64,000 bases of DNA from Candidatus Latescibacterota bacterium. Lineage in GTDB: Bacteria; Latescibacterota; UBA2968; UBA8231. The notes under the pieces were generated by a model. The model was not told the DNA's origin and ran no database searches. It saw only the letters and a program-made list of their open reading frames with translations. This document shows, piece after piece, positions 50,722 to 59,711 of this stretch. The stretch is from contig CBDFJF010000002.1 in assembly GCA_965248265.1 (NCBI GenBank), positions 2,976,001 through 3,040,000 of the forward strand, given 5' to 3'. The translations under genes and the position numbers were made by a program. The stretch's first letter is position 1; every line of letters starts with the position of its first letter.

Positions 50722-51606
50722 ATGAACAAGGAGCAGGTCGAACCAGTTCTCGTCGTCGACAAACCCGCCATCGTCGGCGAGGGGTCTCTATGGGATGCTC
50801 AGAGCAAGGTCCTCTACTGGGTAGATATCTTGAGTCACGAGCTCTACATCTACGATCCCGCCAGCGGTGAGAATCGCACCGTCCTCACCTGTCAATCCAT
50901 AGGCACCGTGGTGCCACGGAGGCGAGGTGGGGTGGCTGTGGCGCTGCATAATGGGTTCGCCACAATCGACCTGAGCGCCGATAAGATCACGCCGTTAGCG
51001 GATCCAGAGCGCATGATCCCGGCGAATCGTTTCAATGATGGCAAGTGCGACCCGGCGGGTCGGTTCTGGGCGGGCACGATGGAATTCAACGGTGAGGCCA
51101 ATCGTGGTGCGCTGTATTGCCTAGAGATCGATCAAAGCGTGAAGAAGAAGATTGAACCGGTCACCATTTCGAACGGAATCGTCTGGACCGCGGACCACAA
51201 GACGATGTATTACGTGGATACCGCACTCAATTCGGTGCGGGCATACGACTACGAAATCGACAGTGGTGATATAACCAACGAGAGAGTCGTCATCGAAAAC
51301 GAGGGGGAGGGACACTTCGACGGCATGTCCATCGACGCCGAAGGCATGCTGTGGATTGCGTTGTTTCAGGGGGCGGGGGTCAAGCGTTACGATCCGAACT
51401 CTGGAGTACTGCTGCGGGATATCGGTTTGCCTATGTCGCAGGTGACATCGTGTGCTTTTGGCGGTGAAAACCTGGATGAGCTCTACATCACATCCGCGGC
51501 GATCAATCTGGATACATCCGCCATGGCGGAACAACCTCTTGCCGGATCGCTCGTCAAGATCGATCCGGGTGTGCAGGGCGTCGAGGCTTATGCCTACGGT
51601 GGGTGA
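50722..51606 (+). CDS. SMP-30/gluconolactonase/LRE family protein
   Basis: GEG..WD, RFNDGKCDPAGRFW, SNG..W, DGM.ID.EG.LW, TSCAFGG. Confidence 0.93.
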   Translation: MNKEQVEPVLVVDKPAIVGEGSLWDAQSKVLYWVDILSHELYIYDPASGENRTVLTCQSIGTVVPRRRGGVAVALHNGFATIDLSADKITPLADPERMIPANRFNDGKCDPAGRFWAGTMEFNGEANRGALYCLEIDQSVKKKIEPVTISNGIVWTADHKTMYYVDTALNSVRAYDYEIDSGDITNERVVIENEGEGHFDGMSIDAEGMLWIALFQGAGVKRYDPNSGVLLRDIGLPMSQVTSCAFGGENLDELYITSAAINLDTSAMAEQPLAGSLVKIDPGVQGVEAYAYGG

Positions 51607-51614
51607 TGCCCCCG

Positions 51615-52198
51615 TCAGCTTTCGGGATTCCGCCTGTCTTCGAAGACGATGGAAATCCTGGTACCAGCTGATCGATCAAGGTCGATGCTTCCCTTGAGTT
51701 GTCCGACCAAAGCACTGACGAGCTGCAGGCCGAGCGTCGAGGGCTGCTTCAGGTCAAGATCGGAAGGGATACAGCCCCATCATCGCTGACGGTGAGTTCG
51801 AGGCGGTCGTCACCGACACGTTTAAGGTGAACGGAGATCCTCCCCTCGTTTCCATTGTACACACTGCGGCCGTCGATGAGCACGAGGAGCTTGTTGGCGA
51901 ACAGGCCGGCAAATCCGCGTGCGGTGACGTTCCACTTGTTGGCGTCGACGACACCTACTTGAAGGCCGGGGACAAGCCGCAGGGCTTCGGGGATCGAGCG
52001 AACGCCAGAGCGGCGCAGATCATCAGAGGTGATGACGGCGACGGCCGCCGCACTTTCCGAGATCGGTCTCGGCTTCCGCGATTGGAGAGAGACCTCGATA
52101 TCCATGAGTTCTTCCAGACTCATGTGAGCGAGATCGTCGGTAGCTCCAGCCGGAGCGGCCAGCAGGAACGCGAAGGCCAAGAGCAGTATAGCGTGCAT
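51615..52198 (-). pseudogene. Chimeric remnant: TonB-dependent receptor plug N-terminus fused to a histidine kinase ATPase C-terminus
   Basis: Signal peptide, MSLEELMDIEV...LRLVPGLQV...RGF...NKLLVLIDGRSVY, then EGRISV...LTVSDDG and (frameshift) IPSDLDLKQPSTLGLQLVSALVGQLKGSIDLDRSAGTRISIVF. Confidence 0.8.
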
Positions 52199-54090
52199 CA
52201 GCCATCCCGGCTCTGTGCGGGGGTTGGCTCCCATGCATGGTCGGTATCTGCTTTGAAATCACGATCGTCTTCGCGAATCAGTGCTTCGAGTTCGGAGATG
52301 TGCTCTCTGACCTGCTCGGCATATGCCTTCTCGTCCTCTCCACCACGCAAGTCGGCGCGCTCGGTCATGGCACGTTGCTCATGCTTCTTGAAGATACGGG
52401 CCGCCCGCTGAGCCTGGTAGGAACGGAATCCCAACACCTTGAGGGCATCCACTCCCATGCTCAGAGCGCTGTCGAAGGTCTCACGAAATACGCCATCGAC
52501 GCCGACCTCCATCAGTTCAAAACTGTGTTGCATGCTGTCCGCCCGAGCGAGAATCTTCAGATTCGGGTAACGGCGGCGCATCTGCTCGGCGATCTGGGTG
52601 GCATGCTCCGGTTCATCAATCGCCAGAATCAACAAGCGGGCTGTTTCTGCGCCGGCAGCGTGCATCAGATCCGGCCGCCCAGCATCACCATAGAACACCT
52701 TGACGCCAAACCGCCTGAGCGTCTCGATCTGCTCCGGATCCAGATCCAGAATCGTCGTCGCGACCCCGTTGGCTCTGAGGAGGCGACCGACCACGTTGCC
52801 GAAACGGCCGAAGCCGGCGATGATGACGGGATTGTCCTCGTCCATGCTATCGGCTTCTCTCTCGCTTTTCTTGCCCCTGGCGAACGCCGGTTGCACCAGC
52901 TTGTCGTTGACGATCATCAGCAGTGGCGTGACGGCCATGGAGAGGGCGACGACGGCGATGAGGAGATTAGCAGTATCCGCGGGGAAGACCTGGTGCTGAG
53001 TCGCAAAGGAAAGAAGCACGAACGCGAATTCCCCTCCCTGAGCAAGGGCGAACGAGAGCAGAAAGCCTTGCGAGCCCGGCATGCGAAACAGACGCGCGAT
53101 AACGACTAGCACGATGAACTTGACGACGACGAGAATGCCGATGAGAAGCCCAATGGTCGGGGTGTGTGTGGCCAACAGGTCGAAGTCGATGCTGGCGCCA
53201 ACCGATATGAAAAACAGACCCAGTAGAAGACCCTTGAAGGGTTCGATGTCAGATTCCAACTCGTGGCGGAATTCACTGTCGGCAAGTACGACCCCTGCGA
53301 GAAAGGTTCCCAAAGCGGGAGAGAGACCGACCTGCTCCATGGCCAGGGCAATGCCGATGACGAGCAGAAGTGCGGCAGCCGTGAACACCTCGCGGAGCCG
53401 GGTGGCGGCGATGGCGCGGAATACAGGCCGTGTCAATAGCTTGCCACCCACGATGATGCCGGCAATGAGTACCACCGTTATCAGCCCTTGTTGCCAACCC
53501 GGTAGGGAGGCAATCGCAGTCGTGTGCGCTGGTGCGTGAGCAGCAGCAGGTGAGGTGCCGACGCCACTGGATATAGCCAACAGCGGCAGGATCGCGAACA
53601 TCGGTATCACCGCGAGATCCTGAAACAACAACACTGAGAACGCACCCTGACCTCCCAGGGTCTTCAGGAGACCCTTCTCCGCAAGGCTCTGCAGTACGAT
53701 CGCGGTGGAGGAGAGGGCAAGGATGATACCGGCGGCGAGTGCGACTCTCCAGCCTGCCCCAAGTGCCATACCGATCAAGGCGAAGGCGGCGGCGGTCAGC
53801 CCTACCTGCAGGCCACCCATGCCCAGGATGGGAGCACGCAGACGCCACAGCAACGCTGGCTGCAGTTCCAGGCCAACCAGGAACAGCATCATCACGACGC
53901 CAAACTCGGCGAAGTGCATGACATGTTGGCCCTCTTCGCCGACCAATCCCAGGACGTGAGGCCCTATCAGCGCGCCAGCAACGAGGTATCCGAGAACGGA
54001 TCCAAGTCCGGCACGTTTCGCGAGGGGCACTGAAACTACCGCCGCAGTCAGGTAGACGAAGGCTTGAAAGAAAAATCCGTCACCGCTCAT
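52198..54090 (-). CDS. kefC: KefB/KefC-type CPA2 potassium efflux antiporter with TrkA-N domain
   Basis: AEFGVVM.LF.VGLEL, LLFQD, HELESDIEPFKG, GGEFAF, GFGRFG. Confidence 0.9.
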   Translation of the reverse strand: MSGDGFFFQAFVYLTAAVVSVPLAKRAGLGSVLGYLVAGALIGPHVLGLVGEEGQHVMHFAEFGVVMMLFLVGLELQPALLWRLRAPILGMGGLQVGLTAAAFALIGMALGAGWRVALAAGIILALSSTAIVLQSLAEKGLLKTLGGQGAFSVLLFQDLAVIPMFAILPLLAISSGVGTSPAAAHAPAHTTAIASLPGWQQGLITVVLIAGIIVGGKLLTRPVFRAIAATRLREVFTAAALLLVIGIALAMEQVGLSPALGTFLAGVVLADSEFRHELESDIEPFKGLLLGLFFISVGASIDFDLLATHTPTIGLLIGILVVVKFIVLVVIARLFRMPGSQGFLLSFALAQGGEFAFVLLSFATQHQVFPADTANLLIAVVALSMAVTPLLMIVNDKLVQPAFARGKKSEREADSMDEDNPVIIAGFGRFGNVVGRLLRANGVATTILDLDPEQIETLRRFGVKVFYGDAGRPDLMHAAGAETARLLILAIDEPEHATQIAEQMRRRYPNLKILARADSMQHSFELMEVGVDGVFRETFDSALSMGVDALKVLGFRSYQAQRAARIFKKHEQRAMTERADLRGGEDEKAYAEQVREHISELEALIREDDRDFKADTDHAWEPTPAQSRDG

Positions 54091-54706
54091 GAGAGTTTGC
54101 ACTGGGGTTTGAGGGGAGGGCGTCGTTCAAGTACAAGACCTGTTGCGAAAGGGCGTCCGCATCGAGCGTGCCATCGCGTAGGGCGACTAACGCACGCCGG
54201 TAATCTGCCGCCATATCGTCTAAGTGGTCCTCTGAATGGTCCTCCAGCGTGCCGTGCACGACAAAGGGCGGCAGGTACTGCATGCCACAGAAATGGGCGG
54301 TCTGGGCAAAAGGCACCAGTAATTCCTGAATGGAAAAGCGATTGACGCCCTCACGTGAGTAGGCTTCGCTACTGCCCCCTGTTGTCACCACGGAGAGCAG
54401 CTTTTTCCTGTGCAGGGCTACCCCTGCTGGTCCGAAGGCGTAACCGAACTCCAGGACGAGGTCCAGCCACTCCTTCAACAGCGCCGGACAGCTGTACCAG
54501 TACAACGGATGCTGGAACACGATGATGTCATGGGCGTCCAAGCGCTTCTGCTCTTCGGGTACGTCGATGTTGAAGTCGGGATACTCCTCGTACAGATCTC
54601 GCAGTTCGACACAATCAAGATCGGCGATGGCATCCACCATGCGACGATTGGCCCGCGAGCGCTGGTAGGCCGGGTGTGCGAAAAGGACGAGGATCGAATC
54701 AGGCAC
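54080..54706 (-). CDS. KefF/KefG-type NAD(P)H oxidoreductase (flavodoxin-like)
   Basis: FAHP...S.AN, DLYE.YPDF.IDV, FQHPLYWYSCPALLKEW.D; overlaps the kefC start. Confidence 0.9.
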   Translation of the reverse strand: MPDSILVLFAHPAYQRSRANRRMVDAIADLDCVELRDLYEEYPDFNIDVPEEQKRLDAHDIIVFQHPLYWYSCPALLKEWLDLVLEFGYAFGPAGVALHRKKLLSVVTTGGSSEAYSREGVNRFSIQELLVPFAQTAHFCGMQYLPPFVVHGTLEDHSEDHLDDMAADYRRALVALRDGTLDADALSQQVLYLNDALPSNPSANSHER

Positions 54707-54756
54707 GGTTAGGGCCGGCCGGGTGTGGGCCGCACGAGCCTGTCGGGCAAACGATG

Positions 54757-55788
54757 TTAACTTGGGACTGGCGCGTCCGCATGGATCAACTCTTCTGACT
54801 TGAGATCGCTCCACAGGCCAGCGGGGATCTCCTGTTGGCACAGCTGCACATTGGCACTGAGCTCTTCTGGGGATCGCGCGCCAGGGATGATGGCGGCTAC
54901 GACGGGATGGGCAAGTGGGAATTGGAGCGCGGCGGCGGCTAACGGTACGGTGTGACGCTGGCAGACCGCTTCGATGCGCCGGGTGCGCTCTAAAATCTCG
55001 GCAGGGGCCAGAGCGTAGTTGTAGTAGGCGCCTTCAACGGGCCCCGACGCCAGTATTCCCGAATTGTAGGGTCCGCCGACGACGATGCGCACGCCGCGTT
55101 CCTCACATAGCGGCAGCAGGTGTTGCAGCGACTCCTGCTCGAGCAGCGTGTAGCGACCCGCCAGCAGGAAGCAGTCGAAGTCGCCGGCGACGGCAAAATC
55201 GGCCAGCATCTGCCACTGGTTCATCCCCACGCCTATCGCCTTGATGACTCCCTGACTCCGCAGCTTGTCCAGAGCCGGGTAGGTATTGTCCATGACCACG
55301 GCGAAATGGCTGTTCTCATACGGATCGAACTCGGGTTGCAGGCTGATCCCTTCATCGGGATCGTGTATATAGATGAGGTCGATCCTGTCGGTCTGCAACC
55401 GATCCAGGCTGCCCTCGATGGAGCGCAGCACGGCATCGCGGGAGTAGTCGTATTCGATGGTCATGTGCGGCGTGTCGACGAACTGATCGAACGGCGGAGT
55501 TTCTCCCGGGCCGAGTGGGCGGAGGGTGTAGCCGACCTTGGAGGAGATCGCCAGCTCGTCCCGGTCATAGCCAGACAGCACATCACCGTAGCGAGTCTCA
55601 CTGAGGCCAAAACCGTACAGCGGGGCCGTGTCGAAGTACCGGATGCCGGCTTCGTAGGCTCCGGTCAGTGATTCCCGCACGACGTGATCGGGAATGGTGG
55701 CAAACAGATTACCCAGGGGCGCACCGCCGAAGCCGACGTTCGTGATCGTCATGCCAGCAGATCCGATGCTGTGTTTAGTGAAAATCAT
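54757..55788 (-). CDS. Aldo/keto reductase (D-threo-aldose 1-dehydrogenase-like)
   Basis: GFGGAPLGN, FDTAPLYG, SKVG, IHDPD, LAGRYTLL, NSGIL. Confidence 0.92.
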   Translation of the reverse strand: MIFTKHSIGSAGMTITNVGFGGAPLGNLFATIPDHVVRESLTGAYEAGIRYFDTAPLYGFGLSETRYGDVLSGYDRDELAISSKVGYTLRPLGPGETPPFDQFVDTPHMTIEYDYSRDAVLRSIEGSLDRLQTDRIDLIYIHDPDEGISLQPEFDPYENSHFAVVMDNTYPALDKLRSQGVIKAIGVGMNQWQMLADFAVAGDFDCFLLAGRYTLLEQESLQHLLPLCEERGVRIVVGGPYNSGILASGPVEGAYYNYALAPAEILERTRRIEAVCQRHTVPLAAAALQFPLAHPVVAAIIPGARSPEELSANVQLCQQEIPAGLWSDLKSEELIHADAPVPS

Positions 55789-56028
55789 CGCTGTCTCAAC
55801 GGATGTGGAACATGCCGTGAACTTTTTCGCCGTCTTGAAGATCGATTCGTCGCCATGAGCTCTCATCATTGAGGGTGTGCCAGCGACGTTCCTCCTTGAT
55901 GTAGTTCCAATCCTGGTCAGATTGTCGCGAATATATGAACAACTGTGAACGGAACGGAATACTGAGAGGAAGCTGATTTCCATTCCTCTCGGTGCTGCCA
56001 CATTCCCCCTTGGATACTTAGCGTACAA

Positions 56029-56331
56029 TTAGGAGTCCACCAGCCCGTGGGCAAGTCGCAGTGACTCCCGCCGCTTTTCCGCATAAGAAGTCGTATACGT
56101 GTCAAGGGTCGTCTGTATTCTGCTGTGACGTAGCTGGAGCTGGACTACCTTCAAGTCGCCGCTCGCATGCCACAAAAGGCTTCCGCCAGTCTTCCTCAAA
56201 GTTTGGAATGGAACGTGAGACAATCCTGCCGAAATCAGAATCTTCCTGTGCCACTGCCCAACGCAGACATGTGTGAGCGGCGTTCCCTTTCCCGTGCAGA
56301 AAATCAGATCGAAATCCTGCCAATCGCTGTA
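56029..56331 (-). pseudogene. C-terminal fragment of a phage-type tyrosine integrase
   Basis: WQDFDLIFCTGKGTPL...KILISAGLSHVPFQTLRKT...DLKVVQLQLRHSRIQTTLDTY; in-frame stop upstream, N-terminal part absent. Confidence 0.8.
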
Positions 56332-56522
56332 TTAAATACATCACGCTTACCCAGGTAAGTTTCTCGTCGCGCTCGAGCAGCGCCTACTAACAGGGAGACG
56401 TTACCGCTGTCGGCGCAAACTGTCACCGTCGAGGTGGATACGTCCGACGCCGACCAGCGGGCGCTGCGCAAGACGCGAGCCGAGGCTCGGGCTGGATAGC
56501 AAGTTTCTCGAAAGGAGACGGG

Positions 56523-56753
56523 ATGGAACTGTTTCAAGATGCACTTGCAGTTGTAACTGGCGTTGGTGGTGTATTGCTCGGCGCGGTGGCCATGCTGGGT
56601 CGCATCAAGAAGGCCCGCAAGGAAGTTTCGGATGTAGTCGCTCTCACGAACCAGCTGGCCGACAAGTACGGCGAGATGGACGATGACGCTAGACGCCTCA
56701 AGCGCGAAGCCCAGGAAGCCGTTGCGGCCGTCAAAGCGGTGTTTCAGTTCTGA
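56523..56753 (+). CDS. Small phage-like membrane protein (N-terminal TM plus coiled coil)
   Basis: AAAGGAG RBS; TM segment AVVTGVGGVLLGAVAML. Confidence 0.7.
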   Translation: MELFQDALAVVTGVGGVLLGAVAMLGRIKKARKEVSDVVALTNQLADKYGEMDDDARRLKREAQEAVAAVKAVFQF

Positions 56754-56872
56754 TGCGTCGACGTGACAGAGCGCGAAGGCTAAAAGCCAAGCCGGACGCA
56801 TGGCCGTGGTTGGCCGGCCTCGTCGTCTTCTCGCTGGTACTCATCGAAACGCTGTGGGAAAGGGTTGGGTGA
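56753..56872 (+). CDS. 39-aa basic single-TM peptide (below the ORF-track cutoff)
   Basis: MRRRDRARRLKAKPDAWPWLAGLVVFSLVLIETLWERVG; TGATG overlaps with both neighbours. Confidence 0.6.
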   Translation: MRRRDRARRLKAKPDAWPWLAGLVVFSLVLIETLWERVG

Positions 56873-57135
56873 TGGCTGAGCTGTCCGAAGAAGACGTCAA
56901 GATTCTGCGCCAACTGGACCGCAACGTCGGGATCCTCCTGGACAGGACTGAGGGGATGGCCGAATCGATCAAGGACAACGAGACGGACATCCGGAGGCTG
57001 GACAGGGCGACCGAGAGCCTGACGACCAAGATGGGGGTGATTGGCGCGGTTGCGGTGCTGATGTCCGCCCTCCTCTCCGCATTTGTGAGCGACTGGATGA
57101 AGACGACGGTGGCCGCCGCAGCGAGCGGTCAATGA
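56872..57135 (+). CDS. Small coiled-coil protein with C-terminal TM (XhlA/holin-like architecture)
   Basis: Coiled coil ...IKDNETDIRRLDR... followed by MGVIGAVAVLMSALLSAFV. Confidence 0.7.
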   Translation: MAELSEEDVKILRQLDRNVGILLDRTEGMAESIKDNETDIRRLDRATESLTTKMGVIGAVAVLMSALLSAFVSDWMKTTVAAAASGQ

Positions 57136-57501
57136 ATGCTGCCCGCTTACTCCGACTGGCCGCCTCTTCGTACCACCTCAACTATGTATACCCTCGCCTC
57201 ATCCGGCAGTTCTGGCCACTTGGCTCGGCCTCGACCCAGACAACGTCAGGGAGGTGGTGACCATCCTCCGATCAGAGGCCACGCCATGACCCCATTGAAA
57301 ACGCCTCCTCTGGGAGGGTGCGAAACACGAGTGCTTATCTTGACCTGGTAACGGCGAGTTTCTAGTTTTTATGTAGCAGCAGGATCTGCTTGAATGCGGG
57401 TGTCGTGACCACCGGTTATGGCGCCCGTTTCTTCGTTCTGGCCGGATAGGAGGTCACGACTCGTGTCCGGCCAGTACCCTCCATCCCCATCGTGACCAGC
57501 C

Positions 57502-58371
57502 ATGACATTCGGCGAGTTCCTCAGCGAGTTCCGCACTGATTTCGGCGGTTGGAGCCCCAATACCTGGCGGGGCCTGTCCGGGATGCTGCGGAAGTTGGAT
57601 GGTGAGTTCGGCGACGAGCCCCTGGATTCCATCAGCACCCGCCAGATCGATCGGTATCTGACGCGCCGGCGCAATCTCGATGGGGTCACCACATCCACCA
57701 CCAATCGCTATCTGGCGACGCTGAAAACGCTGTTCAAGACCGCCTGCAACTGGGACTACATCACCCAGAACCCAACTTCACGGATCAAGATGCTCAAGGA
57801 GCAGAACCGGGTGCCCAACGCCCTGAACGACCGTGAGCTGGAAGCTCTGATCGCTGAATGCCCACAGCGCATCCGGAGTGTCGTGATTCTGGCAGCGGAC
57901 ACGGGCATGAGGCGCTCCGAGCTGCAGCGATTGGCCTGGCGGGATGTGGACTTCGAGGCCGTGACCGTGACCGTGCGACAGTCGAAGAACAAGGACTACC
58001 GGGTGATCCCGATGACTGACCGGGTCCGATCGCTGTTGATGCAGTTGAAGCCGCAGCTCACTGAACCGCAGCAGCTGGTCATCGAATTCGGGGATATCAA
58101 GAGATCACTGCACAGTGCGGGTGTGCGGGCGAACGTCGGTCACGTCCATCTTCATATGCTCAGGCACACGACAGCAACGCGCCTAAGAGATCGCGGTGTA
58201 CCTCTCGACCGAATCATGGAGCTGATGGGGCATCGCTCATACAGCGTAGCCCTGCGATACGCCAAGGCGCGCCCTCAACAGCTCATCGAAGCGATCGCCG
58301 CTCTCAATACCAATCCGGTGTCCAATGACGCTGCTGGCGGACTTTCAGCGGCTGCCACGGAGAATCTTTAG
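57502..58371 (+). CDS. Tyrosine recombinase/integrase, apparently intact catalytic residues
   Basis: T.NRYLA.LK..F (core-binding), DTGMRRSEL (R), SKN (K), HMLRH (HxxR), LMGH, RY. Confidence 0.92.
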   Translation: MTFGEFLSEFRTDFGGWSPNTWRGLSGMLRKLDGEFGDEPLDSISTRQIDRYLTRRRNLDGVTTSTTNRYLATLKTLFKTACNWDYITQNPTSRIKMLKEQNRVPNALNDRELEALIAECPQRIRSVVILAADTGMRRSELQRLAWRDVDFEAVTVTVRQSKNKDYRVIPMTDRVRSLLMQLKPQLTEPQQLVIEFGDIKRSLHSAGVRANVGHVHLHMLRHTTATRLRDRGVPLDRIMELMGHRSYSVALRYAKARPQQLIEAIAALNTNPVSNDAAGGLSAAATENL

Positions 58372-58577
58372 ATCCAGCCCACCTGATCGATCTCTCGGTC
58401 TCAGGTCCACGGTGCAAGACAACGATGCTCGGTGAGCATCGGATGTTTGGATGATTACCGCCGATCCGTCTCGCACAGTCCTTGACCATGTTCATTCGGT
58501 AGCGTTTCCTAAGTGTCCAAGCGCCGCGGTGGAGTCTCCAGACAGGGCCGTCTGCTCTACATACTCTTGAGGCACTG

Positions 58578-58904
58578 CTACTCTTTTCCAACATCATTGA
58601 CACTCTGTTCTGCCCTTTCAGAGGCTTCTGCGCTTTCCGTCACGTCCCTATTACGGAAGACCTTTCCTACTACCCACATTGCGACCGGACGGTTGAATGA
58701 GAGGAAGTCGATGTAAATGTGCTTCATCGGGTCGAATCGAGCATCAAGGCGAGAGATACTATCGGCTATCTGTTTGCCAATGCGGAGCAGCAGATCGTCA
58801 GAAGGCATATCAGACTCTAAGACGTAGAGCGACTGCCGGGGCCTGATGTAGTACATCCCGACTTTTTCTATCGAGGGCATGGAGATGTTGAATTCGCTTG
58901 CCAC
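58578..58904 (-). CDS. Hypothetical protein, possibly a 5'-truncated fragment
   Basis: Protein-like composition; frame stays open upstream to about 58985, into the tetR promoter. Confidence 0.35.
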   Translation of the reverse strand: MASEFNISMPSIEKVGMYYIRPRQSLYVLESDMPSDDLLLRIGKQIADSISRLDARFDPMKHIYIDFLSFNRPVAMWVVGKVFRNRDVTESAEASERAEQSVNDVGKE

Positions 58905-58967
58905 AGTCTCCGCTATCTCGGTGTGAATCGCCCCGGCTTGGGGAACACGATTTCCTTGATTTTCTAC

Positions 58968-58996
58968 TTGACATATGACTGATCGTCAGTCATATT
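58968..58996 (+). promoter_or_regulatory. tetR promoter overlapped by a palindromic operator
   Basis: TTGACA-17 bp-CATATT; palindrome ATATGACTGA-TCG-TCAGTCATAT at 58973-58995. Confidence 0.85.
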
Positions 58997-59031
58997 AAGG
59001 AACGAGCGAACGATTACGAGAGGAGAACTCG

Positions 59032-59640
59032 GTGCCTGAGACCAAGCCAAGAAGGACCGCAAGCGAGGCCGTAAGAAGGGCACAGCTGCTCAAAGCGGCT
59101 CGAAAGGTGTTTCGTGCCAAAGGATACGACAGTGCGAGTGTCGCTGAAATCGTGCGTGAGGCGGGGGTGGCTCAAGGGACGTTCTACATCTACTTCCCGT
59201 CGAAGAGGGACGCTGCCGTAGCCCTGGTTAACGGCCTCATGGAGACCATGGCCGAAGAGGTAGCAGCCTCTGTCGAATCGGCCACGTCCTTTGAGGCGCA
59301 GCTCGAAACCATAGTTGCTGTAACCTTCCGCCTTGCTCGACAAAACGCAGACCTGCTGAGACTGATCTTCATAGGTGCCGATGAAACACACCCTGAATTG
59401 CACAGCGAGTCACCGGAGCATGCTTCAATCCTGAGGACCGTTATAGAGCTATTCAGGAGTGCCGTTAATGCGGGCGAGATGGAGGCCATGGATCCAGCGA
59501 TAGCGGCACGGCTGGTGACCGGTCTGCTGCAACATACAGTGCTCGAGGCCTTTGTCTTTGAGGATGGAAAGGAAGCGGAGGCGCTTGAGCAGGGCGTCTG
59601 CCTACTGCTTTGCAATGCGCTGAAACGGCGATCCGAGTAG
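59032..59640 (+). CDS. TetR/AcrR family transcriptional regulator
   Basis: LL.AA..VF..KGY...SV.EI...AGVAQGTFYIYFPSK. Confidence 0.95.
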   Translation: MPETKPRRTASEAVRRAQLLKAARKVFRAKGYDSASVAEIVREAGVAQGTFYIYFPSKRDAAVALVNGLMETMAEEVAASVESATSFEAQLETIVAVTFRLARQNADLLRLIFIGADETHPELHSESPEHASILRTVIELFRSAVNAGEMEAMDPAIAARLVTGLLQHTVLEAFVFEDGKEAEALEQGVCLLLCNALKRRSE

Positions 59641-59660
59641 TTTTTTTTTGCCCCTAATAA

Positions 59661-59677
59661 TGACTGATCGTCAGTCA
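59661..59677. promoter_or_regulatory. Second copy of the TetR operator, upstream of the MFS gene
   Basis: TGACTGATCGTCAGTCA, identical to 58976-58992. Confidence 0.85.
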
Positions 59678-59711
59678 ATAAGGGGAGATCAACTTTCATG
59701 AGGAGACCATT

